From IMG/VR virus record IMGVR_UViG_3300010354_000070, positions 6,807 through 70,806 of that record: DNA of 64,000 nucleotides; one strand, written 5' to 3'. The translations under genes and the position numbers were made by a program. This document shows positions 49,001 through 58,509 of this stretch, piece by piece. The notes beneath the pieces are model-generated. The model was not told where the DNA came from. It saw only the letters and a program-made list of their open reading frames with translations, and made no database searches. Position 1 is the stretch's first letter. Each line of letters begins with the position of its first letter. The DNA comes from a virus.

Positions 49001-52000
49001 TGATGTAAAAGTAACTCCTATCCCCTGGAAAGCATATTCGGGTTTAGTTGATAATCTAAAAACATCATTGCTATCCTTTATAGCCCATAATTTATTAGGC
49101 AAAATGTCAGTTACAATTCCAAGATAATTCGAAGTCTCACCGATTCCCATTGGAGAAGATCCAATGCCCGTAAAAGTTGATTTTGGTGTGTAAATTAATT
49201 CTTCTCCTGTACTAAAAAAGTGATTTGGTATTGTAAATTTGCCAGTAGATAGATCAAGAATAGATGCATCAGAAGGATTAAAAGTTTTTGAAAAAATAGA
49301 AACATTATTATAATTCAATTGAAAATCTAATTTTTCATTAAATATGCTATTTAATCCATAAAAATATGAATTTTTAAGAGAATCGACAACTGTTCCGTAA
49401 CTCAAAGATGGTGGTTCGTTAATTAAATCTTGTTCTCTATAAAAACTTTCATTAAATGAAGAAATTTCTAACTTTTCACTAACATATTGATTTGGATAAA
49501 ATTTGAGTATAAATTTTTCGCCTGAAATTTCAGATCCAAAAGTACCTATACCGTTAGTACTTCCTATAGATAAAAATGGATACTGCAAGGAATATGTATC
49601 AATTTTATCGTAAACTGTCATTACTTGATGTATTGCACTTGTATTTCCTGTAGAAATTCTAACAAGTGATTTTACCGATGAAAATGTATTTTTATCTAAA
49701 GAAATAACTGAAGTTGAACCAGATCCAATAAAATTAGTATAATTGGATGTATAAATCGCTGTTTTTTCATTTCCTGCAATTTGTCCGGAAATAATAAATC
49801 TATGAATGCCTTCACCCAAAGAAGTTGACCCAAAACCAACAGTTTTAGATCTAATTTTTATGTTTTGTATTGAAGTATTGGTATAATTTAAAGATAAAAT
49901 TCCATTTGGTGAAATAGATGCTCCAAATGATCCAATAAATCCAAAACTAGATTCATTAATACCACCATCAAAATAATTTTCGGCAATATAAGTATTTGAT
50001 CCATCATGAGATACATATATTTCAACATAATTCATATCAGAATTATCTGAAGTAGCAATATGAATATTCGAATATAGAGATGAATATTGTAATGAATTTA
50101 CACTAACTATTGTGGTTGTTATTCCACTTGCAACAATTTTATTGTCATTTATTAGATCAATAAATCCAATTTTTTTAACTGTGGATATTCCTACATTAAA
50201 GTTGTTAAAAGTACTTTGTAATATTTTAATATCATAATTAGAATTTAAAGCATCGTAAGGATCAAAACTCAAATAAAAATTTAAATCTTCATTTACATAA
50301 CCTTCTATTTCAGCCAGTGAAGATTTTTTATTATCAAAGGAAAAATAATCAGTTTTTGCTGTTGAAACTCTTCCTTTTTTTAAGGTATAAATGTCATTAT
50401 CATTGTTCATTATAACAATTTCATCAAATTGAATTTGATCTGTAACAATATCCCTTGTTTGTATTAAAAATCTATTATATCCATTAACAGTATTTAAATT
50501 TAAAATATTTGATGTGGAACTTCTTTCATCTTCAATACTAGAAAATGATGAGCTAATATCATCAATTTCTAAAACTCTATTGGTTTTGCAAAGAATATAA
50601 TCAGTTAGTTTTACGTTTTTAAACTTAAGAAATTTTGATTTATCTGCAAAAGTATCAATATCTAAAACTAAATCAAAATTATTAATTGAATCTACTCTAT
50701 TTTCGCTAATATAATCATTAATAAGAGAAATGCTTGAACTTCCAGTTTCTATTCCAGATAGAAATGAATTTTCTATTTGAGAATCCGAAAAATTTTTCAA
50801 TCCGCTTGGATGAAGTATATTGTTTACTGGAGTTACGATTTCATCCCATGTTTTAGTACTTTTTATACTATAAGAAAGATTTTGATAATAATCATTATTT
50901 GGGATTACTTGAAAATCATCGTTTAATTTTCCAAAATTATTTTTCCACCCTATATTTTGTATATTAGAATAACTTATATTATATCTACCTTTCGTTGATT
51001 GTTGATCGTTAATTGTTGCTTCTACTAAAGATTGAACTCCTCTAATTTTTTCATTTTCTGACAAATTATAAGAACCAACAACCCTAACAAAATTAGTATT
51101 AGAATCGGTAACTGTTAAATCTCTCAAAATAAATCCATTCCCATTATTTGATAATAATTTTTCACCTATAAAAAATGGAGAAAATATTTGTTTTACTTCA
51201 AATTGTGGATAGTTATTGAATTTAATTATATTTGCATATGATTCCTGTAATGTTTTTGCAATTCCTGGATTTTTGGTATATTTGGATATATCATACTCTA
51301 AAATTGCAGGATTTAAGTTAAAGTAATTTTTTACTGTAAAAAATTGATATCCATGATCTGAAGAATTAAATCCTTCACCGTTATTATCATTTTTTTGAAT
51401 TCCCTCAACAAATATTTTTTCTCCAACAAAAAATGGAGAAGTTGTGAATCCAAGTATAGGGGTAGTAAGAATACAAGTTACAATTCCCAAAGAAGAATAT
51501 TCAACTTTATTAATAGAAATCCCGTTAGAATTATTAATTGCTCTGATGGTAACTGGTTTTGTTGGCAATCCTTTCGGTGGTGTCTCAATAGTTACTGATT
51601 GTATAGATGAACCAACTAATTTTGGTTTGATAAATCCAGAATCTATAACATTTCCGGTATCGCTATCTATACAAATTAAATCTGGAGGAGATGTATAATC
51701 TTTTCCACCACCAACTACTAAAATACTCTCTATAGAATTTGCTGAAAAAATTGATATTGATTTTGGAATAGATGCGGATGGTCTTAAAGTTTTGTCAACT
51801 AAGTATTCAAATCCCTCATTTATAATTCTTTCTTTTTTTATTTTACCTATTGTTTTTGATATTGGAATAGCGAATAATCCCAACCCAGTTGTTGATCCTG
51901 TTCCAATAAATATTGGAAGTTTTTTATATCCACTTCCACCGGAAGAAAGTTTTAATTTAGCAACTCCCCCAAATTCTGTATTTGATTTAGTTGTGTATTC

Positions 52001-55000
52001 TAAATTATCACACTCACTTTGTGTATATGAAAATTTTTCAGGTATAGATTTTAAAGAAACTGTAAAATTTGTGGATCCAATTCCATTTACAAAATAAGTA
52101 CCATTATAATTACTATTAAATGAAATTATTTCGGAATTATTGATAACCTCAGTATCAGAAGTGCATATAAATCCAGATTTTTCTATATTATAATAAAGTT
52201 TTTCTGGCGTTTTTTCTGAAAAATTTAATGTTAATGATGCTTCTGAAGTAACTCCTACTGTACCAAACCCAATAATAGAAAAATTATTTTCAAATCCATC
52301 GGATATAAATTCTTTTGTAAAATTTTTATCATAATAAATTTTAAATTTGTATCCTGTTAAAGATGGATCAGATAAATTAAATACTAAATTATTATTTTTA
52401 ATTATTGGAATTTGTGGATTTATTAAACTTAAAGTTTGTGTTGAAGATCCTGTTCCCCGAATATCAACAACAGTTGGTGGATCTTCAAAACAATCAGAAT
52501 AAGTTTCGCAAAGACTTATTTTATTTTTGTCTATTTTATAAACAAAATAAAATCCAGTATTTAATCCAACTGCAATAGAACCATATGATTGATATAATAC
52601 TTTATCTCCGGTTTTAAAATTATGTGATAATATTGAAATAGAATTTAGAGAAGTATTTATTCCGGAGGGTGAAATAGATATTGGATCTATTAACAAACTT
52701 TGAGTATCAGGATCAAACTTTACAAAAATTGAAGTTGACGTTCCTATACCAACAGATATATTTGGATTTAAACTTATAGAAACTAAATCTCCATTTCTTA
52801 AATTGTGAGAAGTTGAAACAGATACTAAAGCATTAACTCTTGTGCTATCTGCATAAATTTGTTTGTAGTTTGTTTCTATGGAATAAAAATAATTATTTGG
52901 ACCAGAAAAAGGAAAAAATAAACCACTCGACACTGTTGTAAGACCAACATTTGTAACTATACCAATAAAATCTTTTGATTTTTTTATTACATATACTTTT
53001 TCTGTATTTTCATTTAAAATAGTAAAGTTTGAATTTGTATATTCATCATATACCGTTATCCCAACTCCAGATATTTTTTTCAAAATCGCTTCTTCACCAT
53101 TAATAAATGAATGATTCGGAAGAAAAATACTTTGAGACGGAATAAAAATTTTATAAGTAGTTATTCCAATGCTGTAATTTTCGTATGAACCAAGTCCTGC
53201 TGTAGTTCCTATTCCTATTGATTGCGATGGATTAAAATAAATTTTATTATTTTTTTTGGATTCAAAATAGTTTGTTTTTTTATTGACTGTAAAATAATCT
53301 GGCAAATAATAAACAGGTGATGATTGGGAATGAGAAGTGCCATTAGGTGATCTAGATACTCTCACAACTCCATAATTTGGATATAAATTTAATATTGAAA
53401 ATATTTCATCATTTATTTTAATACTACTTCCAATAGAAATATTTTGAGGAATTGTAGTCAAATACATATCAAATACACTTCCAGTAACAGAATAACTTGG
53501 AATAGTATTGGCAACCCCTGCAATATGTGAATCAACTTCAATTTGATATGTTCCATTTAGATCAGTAGACTCTGTTGTTAAACCAGATATTATTACATTA
53601 TCTTTATTTAAAAATTCATGATAAGGGGATACATATATCTTTATTTTTTCTCCATTTTCCCAAATAATTAAAGAATTTGAATATGCATTTAACGATGATT
53701 TTATGTCAACTATATTTTTACCTTTCAATTCAGATACACTTGCAGAAATTCCCCCTCCACCGGTTTCACTATCATCAAATATTAAATTATCTCCTATTGA
53801 ATAATCATTACCAAAATTAATAATTTTAATATCATCGACATAACCAGAAGTTACGGATTCAATAATCGTTTTTTGATCTATTATTTCGTTAGACTCAACC
53901 AAGAAATCATAGTCCGAAAATAAATCATCAACTTTATATGGAAGAGTATTTCTAATCAATGAAGAATTATTAAAATCAAAATTTTGATTTAATAATAAAT
54001 TTTCATCTAATATAGATGACCTATACTTATTTCCAATAAAATATGGAAATTTGCCAATTATACTTCCGGATGCGTTAGTATCGACTGTTGCAAAATATGC
54101 ATAAACTCCATTTGGAAACTCTGGTGTTTTAGTAAATCTCCCATTGAATTCGTCCAAATCACCACTCTCAGAATATTCGTAATCTTCTATAAAAGAACCA
54201 TATGGGAATAAGCTAACATCAGGTCTATTTGTAATGTTTTTTTGTGTATAACTTGAATTTATTTTTTTAATTGGAGAATTATTATTGTTTGGATCGGAAT
54301 ATCCATAAGGTCCGTAAATTGGATTGCCATCATATGACCACCCAATAATTGGTGAGTGTTTAGAATTTATAACAACTTCATTATCATCTAATTGTATAAA
54401 TCCATCATCTCCAATATTATTTTTTATGTTTTCCGAATAACCAGCAATAAAATATCCTAAATTATTATTTGTTTCTACAAGAATCTCACTTGCCGGATCT
54501 CTATAAAATGGTCCTTGCGTTCCATATTTGTATGAAATATTGAGATTAAGAGATCTAACATTAGACTGAAATACTGCATTTTTTCCTGAATTTTCTACTA
54601 TAATTGATGTACCATTTTCCGAATACCCCGATCCGGAATTTATTATTATAACACTAACAATTTTATTGTCATTTAAAACAGGTCTCAATAAAGCACCAGA
54701 TCCATTTCCTTTTACAATTAAATCTGGAGTAGAAAAGTAATTTTCTCCACCATATTGAATTTTTACATTTATAATTTTTCCGTTAGATATTATTGGAAAA
54801 AGTTGAGCATTAGTCCCATTTTTAACTAAAATCGATGGTCTTTGATGAACGTTTATTATATTTGATCCATAATTATTTCCATTTTCATAAACATATACTT
54901 GGGATATTTTTCCTCTAATAATTGGAATTGCTGAAATATTGTTACTTATTCCTGTACTTCCAACTCCAACTAAACTGTATTTTACGTCCAAAGTAATTTT

Positions 55001-58000
55001 AGGATAACTAAAAACTTGATATCCAGATCCAGATCCTTTTGTTCCAAATTTTACATAATTTTTTCTTTCATAATTTGATCTATTAGTCCCACCAATACCA
55101 GCATCGCAAAGCCTAAACGAATTTGAATCAACTTTTAAAACATAATATTGATTTGATCTACTTAAATTAGAAATTACTGATTCTGGTTCGTATTCTAGAG
55201 TCCAAGCAATTCCTGCAGGATTACCATTCCAATCTATTTCACTATTAGGAGTATTATAAACAACACCAGATATTTGATGATAACCTTTATTTAAGGTTAC
55301 AATTACGTTCGTTTCTCCACCGGGAGCATAGTTAGAAGAACTTGCCACTTGAATTCCATCAATAAACAATGTTGATGAATTATCTGCCTGAAGTTTAAGA
55401 GTATAATTACCTTCATTTACAACTTCAATATCCCAATAAACTGTATGATTTACACCTGATAATGGCAAAGTATCACTAGGATAAATTGCATATTCGTTCA
55501 TTAAATCACTCCAAGTTACCCAATTAACAGCAACCCAACCACTAGGAATTGGATTTCTTGAAGAGAAAAAGTTATCAGGAGAATACACTATCAATTCCCC
55601 ATCATTAAATCCATGATTATTAAAACTAATTGTATGATTATAAGTAGAAATTCCCGAAGATTTTACTCTTAGTAATCTATTTGCATAACCATTACCACCA
55701 TTAATTACCTCAATACCGGTTAATGTATTTTTTATTTCAGTTGCAAATTTTTGTATTCCGGAATTTCCAAAGGTTGTAAATCCAACTGTATTAATTCCGG
55801 ATGAATAATCGGATAAAGTTGGGTATAACTGTATTGTCTTATTATTAATTGTTTTGATGTAATAAGACGCTCCATTTTTTAATGTTTTTGATTGATTTTC
55901 ATTTGATTGTTTGAATGTTCCTATTCCAATTTCTGGAAAATTATTACTATCATATTGTATTTTTTGTCCGTCTATCAAATTATGTGCAGTAAAAAAAGTT
56001 ATGGTTTCGTCGGTATAATCCAATCCACCACCATTCGTTAAAGATCTTGCATCAAATTCTATTTCTCTTTTATTTTTTTGAATTATTGGTAAAAATTTAG
56101 CTCCCTGACCATTTCCACCAGTCAAGTTAATAGAAATAATTTTATCCAAGTCAAAATCTTGTGGATCAACATAAACTTTTTCAACAGATCCAACAACAAC
56201 TGGTTGAAGTAATGCATTTCCGAAACTTGGTTCCAAAAGAGGGGGACTTATAACATCATAATTAGATCCACCATTTAATACCAATACACTTTCTAACGGA
56301 CCATAATATACTTTATCTGTGGTCTTATAATTATAAATTTCAACACCATTTTTTAAAATTCCTACAGGACCAGGAACTGTATGATTACTATTACTATCTC
56401 CAATATTTGGATATATTTTAATTTTTTTTAGAATATTCTGAGGGGATATTTTATTATTTTTTTGTGAATATAAAGTTATAGTATGTGTACCAAGAGGAAT
56501 TGTTTCAGAAAATTTACCAAAGGATGTAAAAGAATTTGTTCCAATAGATGATGAAGATGAGTATAGTTTAATTTTTTTATTACCACTTAAAACTTCCACA
56601 AAGTAAGGACCTCTTTCCAATCCAACTATCGGTAAATTCGAAAAATCATAATAAACTTTATCACCAGTTATAAAAGAAACCTCGGAAGAAAATTCTAAAA
56701 TAGAATAATTTTCAGTTTCTTGTTGATAACTATCCAGATCTATTTTAAATACATTATACTTAAATATGTTAGAATTTATAGTATATGACGGAAAAGAATT
56801 TGATGCAATGTATAAATATTCAGAATTTTCATCATAAACGTTTAATACATCTGAAATAACTGAATTATTTCCAAATTCAATTGGAACAATTGAACTATTT
56901 GCTTTTTTTATTTTTCTTCTAATATCATAGTTATTTGACGAAAAAGATAATTGAACGTCTGTTTGTAATATTCTATTTCTTAATGATTCATTAATGTCTT
57001 GATTATTAACTGATAAAACTGACACATTTTCATATCCAACTAAAGGTTGATCAGTGCCTCTAATTAAAATCTCAATACTATCTCCGACTTTTATATTAGA
57101 TTTATCAATTGAACTTTTGAGAATTAATTCATTTCCAGAAAAAGACTCAATTTGATGCCTAGTGCTAGTATTATAGATCCAAGAATTTGCAAAAATTTCT
57201 TTTTTTGATTTATTAGTTTCTGGATTTAATATTTTTTCACCTAAGTTTAATGGATATATTTCATCATTTTCCACGAAATTAAAATCTTTATCATCAATAC
57301 TTAAATTCGATATAACTCCTGTAATTCTAAATTCAACTTTTTTTGATAGATCTCCATTTTCATAACCATAATAAACTTCATCAGATCTTATTGTAGAACG
57401 TATAGGGATTTCATTCTTAACGCCACTGCAACCAAAAAATTGATTTACACTTTTATTAGTATATAAAATTTCATTATTTTTTGAATAAATTTTTCCTGAA
57501 TTTGGGAACCCGATAGTTGAATCTACACTAATAACTGAACTTCCAACAGATATTTTATCTAAATTTTTAGTGCTTGGAGTGATATTAAATGTCCCAGTAA
57601 TTGTTGGATAAGTATCGTCATATCCTAGAAATAAAAATAATTTATGGTATGTCTTTCCCGAACGAGTTATTGTTTCGACTTCCGATACAGAAGCACTTGT
57701 AGAAATTTCATTATACTTAAATATCGATTGTCCAGAAAGCAAAGTGGGATTTCCCGAGATTGTCTCTACTACTATTATTTCTCTACGAGAATATTCCGAA
57801 CTTGAAGGTTTAATTAAAAATTTTTCTAAATCTATTACTGATGGAGTTTCTCCAAACAAAATATTAAACAAAATACGAAAAGACTCACCTGTTCCTTTCG
57901 ATTCATATAAACTTCTTGCTTCTTTTATAAAATTTCCAACATTTAAATCACCAATAAAATCTAAATTTTCTAGTCCCGGAGTTAAAAAATATTTTAATTT

Positions 58001-58507
58001 TTTATAGAATTCCTGCAAAAATAATGAACTTAAATTTTTAACTGTAGAACCAGAACTATGGGAAGATGCAGATGACTGCGAAAAAACCAATTCTTCTGAA
58101 TTTAAACTATCATGATAATCAGTTATACCACTAAATCCACGAATACAACCAGTAAAAGAATTTGTTGTTATACCAGTATAGGTAATAATCTCATCATCGA
58201 TTTTCAATAATCCATATTTTGGAGGAAATCCTTTTGTTGATGTAACAGTAACAATCCCCGAAGAAGAAGAAATATTAGTAGACAATCCAATAGATCCGAC
58301 TATTACCTCTGATGTAAGATTATTTAATTTCAAATATTGATCTAAATTTTCTGCAATATCTACAGCACCACCTTGAAATTCTTGTGAAATATAATATTGC
58401 TTTAAAAAATCTTCTAATTTTGGGCTTTCATCTAAAATAAACTCTGGAAGTTGATTTCTAATAACTTCTTGAATTTTTACCCTTGAATTTAATCCTGTTT
58501 GTATCAT
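46064..58507 (-). CDS. gp7: Giant baseplate wedge initiator-like protein (4147 aa)
   Basis: Lies between gp6 and gp8; N-terminal QLPEFI...FLKQYY, LYESKGT..S.RILF, HSPIIGWSYDGNPIYGPYGY, DYYQNLSY..K, LHPSG; many GxGY repeats. Confidence 0.8.
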   Translation of the reverse strand: MIQTGLNSRVKIQEVIRNQLPEFILDESPKLEDFLKQYYISQEFQGGAVDIAENLDQYLKLNNLTSEVIVGSIGLSTNISSSSGIVTVTSTKGFPPKYGLLKIDDEIITYTGITTNSFTGCIRGFSGITDYHDSLNSEELVFSQSSASSHSSGSTVKNLSSLFLQEFYKKLKYFLTPGLENLDFIGDLNVGNFIKEARSLYESKGTGESFRILFNILFGETPSVIDLEKFLIKPSSSEYSRREIIVVETISGNPTLLSGQSIFKYNEISTSASVSEVETITRSGKTYHKLFLFLGYDDTYPTITGTFNITPSTKNLDKISVGSSVISVDSTIGFPNSGKIYSKNNEILYTNKSVNQFFGCSGVKNEIPIRSTIRSDEVYYGYENGDLSKKVEFRITGVISNLSIDDKDFNFVENDEIYPLNLGEKILNPETNKSKKEIFANSWIYNTSTRHQIESFSGNELILKSSIDKSNIKVGDSIEILIRGTDQPLVGYENVSVLSVNNQDINESLRNRILQTDVQLSFSSNNYDIRRKIKKANSSIVPIEFGNNSVISDVLNVYDENSEYLYIASNSFPSYTINSNIFKYNVFKIDLDSYQQETENYSILEFSSEVSFITGDKVYYDFSNLPIVGLERGPYFVEVLSGNKKIKLYSSSSSIGTNSFTSFGKFSETIPLGTHTITLYSQKNNKISPQNILKKIKIYPNIGDSNSNHTVPGPVGILKNGVEIYNYKTTDKVYYGPLESVLVLNGGSNYDVISPPLLEPSFGNALLQPVVVGSVEKVYVDPQDFDLDKIISINLTGGNGQGAKFLPIIQKNKREIEFDARSLTNGGGLDYTDETITFFTAHNLIDGQKIQYDSNNFPEIGIGTFKQSNENQSKTLKNGASYYIKTINNKTIQLYPTLSDYSSGINTVGFTTFGNSGIQKFATEIKNTLTGIEVINGGNGYANRLLRVKSSGISTYNHTISFNNHGFNDGELIVYSPDNFFSSRNPIPSGWVAVNWVTWSDLMNEYAIYPSDTLPLSGVNHTVYWDIEVVNEGNYTLKLQADNSSTLFIDGIQVASSSNYAPGGETNVIVTLNKGYHQISGVVYNTPNSEIDWNGNPAGIAWTLEYEPESVISNLSRSNQYYVLKVDSNSFRLCDAGIGGTNRSNYERKNYVKFGTKGSGSGYQVFSYPKITLDVKYSLVGVGSTGISNNISAIPIIRGKISQVYVYENGNNYGSNIINVHQRPSILVKNGTNAQLFPIISNGKIINVKIQYGGENYFSTPDLIVKGNGSGALLRPVLNDNKIVSVIIINSGSGYSENGTSIIVENSGKNAVFQSNVRSLNLNISYKYGTQGPFYRDPASEILVETNNNLGYFIAGYSENIKNNIGDDGFIQLDDNEVVINSKHSPIIGWSYDGNPIYGPYGYSDPNNNNSPIKKINSSYTQKNITNRPDVSLFPYGSFIEDYEYSESGDLDEFNGRFTKTPEFPNGVYAYFATVDTNASGSIIGKFPYFIGNKYRSSILDENLLLNQNFDFNNSSLIRNTLPYKVDDLFSDYDFLVESNEIIDQKTIIESVTSGYVDDIKIINFGNDYSIGDNLIFDDSETGGGGISASVSELKGKNIVDIKSSLNAYSNSLIIWENGEKIKIYVSPYHEFLNKDNVIISGLTTESTDLNGTYQIEVDSHIAGVANTIPSYSVTGSVFDMYLTTIPQNISIGSSIKINDEIFSILNLYPNYGVVRVSRSPNGTSHSQSSPVYYLPDYFTVNKKTNYFESKKNNKIYFNPSQSIGIGTTAGLGSYENYSIGITTYKIFIPSQSIFLPNHSFINGEEAILKKISGVGITVYDEYTNSNFTILNENTEKVYVIKKSKDFIGIVTNVGLTTVSSGLFFPFSGPNNYFYSIETNYKQIYADSTRVNALVSVSTSHNLRNGDLVSISLNPNISVGIGTSTSIFVKFDPDTQSLLIDPISISPSGINTSLNSISILSHNFKTGDKVLYQSYGSIAVGLNTGFYFVYKIDKNKISLCETYSDCFEDPPTVVDIRGTGSSTQTLSLINPQIPIIKNNNLVFNLSDPSLTGYKFKIYYDKNFTKEFISDGFENNFSIIGFGTVGVTSEASLTLNFSEKTPEKLYYNIEKSGFICTSDTEVINNSEIISFNSNYNGTYFVNGIGSTNFTVSLKSIPEKFSYTQSECDNLEYTTKSNTEFGGVAKLKLSSGGSGYKKLPIFIGTGSTTGLGLFAIPISKTIGKIKKERIINEGFEYLVDKTLRPSASIPKSISIFSANSIESILVVGGGKDYTSPPDLICIDSDTGNVIDSGFIKPKLVGSSIQSVTIETPPKGLPTKPVTIRAINNSNGISINKVEYSSLGIVTCILTTPILGFTTSPFFVGEKIFVEGIQKNDNNGEGFNSSDHGYQFFTVKNYFNLNPAILEYDISKYTKNPGIAKTLQESYANIIKFNNYPQFEVKQIFSPFFIGEKLLSNNGNGFILRDLTVTDSNTNFVRVVGSYNLSENEKIRGVQSLVEATINDQQSTKGRYNISYSNIQNIGWKNNFGKLNDDFQVIPNNDYYQNLSYSIKSTKTWDEIVTPVNNILHPSGLKNFSDSQIENSFLSGIETGSSSISLINDYISENRVDSINNFDLVLDIDTFADKSKFLKFKNVKLTDYILCKTNRVLEIDDISSSFSSIEDERSSTSNILNLNTVNGYNRFLIQTRDIVTDQIQFDEIVIMNNDNDIYTLKKGRVSTAKTDYFSFDNKKSSLAEIEGYVNEDLNFYLSFDPYDALNSNYDIKILQSTFNNFNVGISTVKKIGFIDLINDNKIVASGITTTIVSVNSLQYSSLYSNIHIATSDNSDMNYVEIYVSHDGSNTYIAENYFDGGINESSFGFIGSFGASISPNGILSLNYTNTSIQNIKIRSKTVGFGSTSLGEGIHRFIISGQIAGNEKTAIYTSNYTNFIGSGSTSVISLDKNTFSSVKSLVRISTGNTSAIHQVMTVYDKIDTYSLQYPFLSIGSTNGIGTFGSEISGEKFILKFYPNQYVSEKLEISSFNESFYREQDLINEPPSLSYGTVVDSLKNSYFYGLNSIFNEKLDFQLNYNNVSIFSKTFNPSDASILDLSTGKFTIPNHFFSTGEELIYTPKSTFTGIGSSPMGIGETSNYLGIVTDILPNKLWAIKDSNDVFRLSTKPEYAFQGIGVTFTSVGVGNAHEIEMYKKNEKTLITIDNIAQYPITYTSIKHTLSQNGGQINEDKTIFALSGISSISLNDILEIDNEYMKVENVGVGTTNVGPISFIGDIPLVKVKRGFLGSISGIHTDTSLVRIYRGSYNIVGNEIFFTEAPRGNSLDFIEPEPSNLPRIRSSFNGRVFLRKNYETNRLYDDISTEFTGKKQTFTLTTRGINTTGIGTSGGNGIVFINNIFQTPTTLNNSSNNYFITEPVGLTSITFTGITSSDGSVYTSPFDVNQNQLPRGGIIVSLGSSSGLGYAPLVGASVTAVIGVGGSIVSIGIGTTSGSFGSGYRDPVSVAVTESNHVGMAATVKAIVGAGGTLSFTIIGGGTGYINPTINVSPPSYENLPVIGVSRLGIGTTTDTGQGLLLNVEVGASSTSVGIGSTLFQVTSFKITRPGYGFQIGDVFTPVGLVTARGFSSPPEQFRLTVLETFNDSFCAWQFGEIDYIDSIKLYQDGVRTRFPLYYNNELLSFELDQSDADSQLINFSSLLIIFINGVLQKSGDAYQFTGGTSFTFSVPPKPNDKVDIFFYRGTRDEDSQLIETDETIKIGDDLQVFSNNNFIENTITQNSRIVYEIVGSDRIETNLYIDQGIDTNIEKPVYWTKQKSDLIIKEQFVSKSRNSIEPQIYPTANIIKDFNSSSPEIFVDSIELFNYENQNPIKFDAFIANQIADPISAKVNAVVSLSGTISSLEIIDGGSGYTGSTIPLIISSPRLIKNQNGENISERASAYATVSTSGTVTSPIIITNPGFGYTNSSPPQVLVSTNNTKYEIIKNITTIQGFESSIVGIATTVGIGVPLAIKFTISPSPASLLVGYPIYVLNTNVGNGVTSINTGDNDIVSISTSFLNNIYHVNAYTPSLGILTCNILSTTSTIGIATTGIINYPVGKLSWGKLSGFSRSPSPISIGVSGYTSSIGITTFSYNSGLSTYPIIQRRGYGLRNIGALNLRINQIL

Positions 58508-58509
58508 TC

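Noticed and set aside
33273-58507. Repeats in gp14, the fibre-like gene and gp7 as a CRISPR array or DGR template
   Set aside because: They are degenerate in-frame protein repeats, not identical nucleotide repeats with spacers. No cas or reverse transcriptase gene is in the window.
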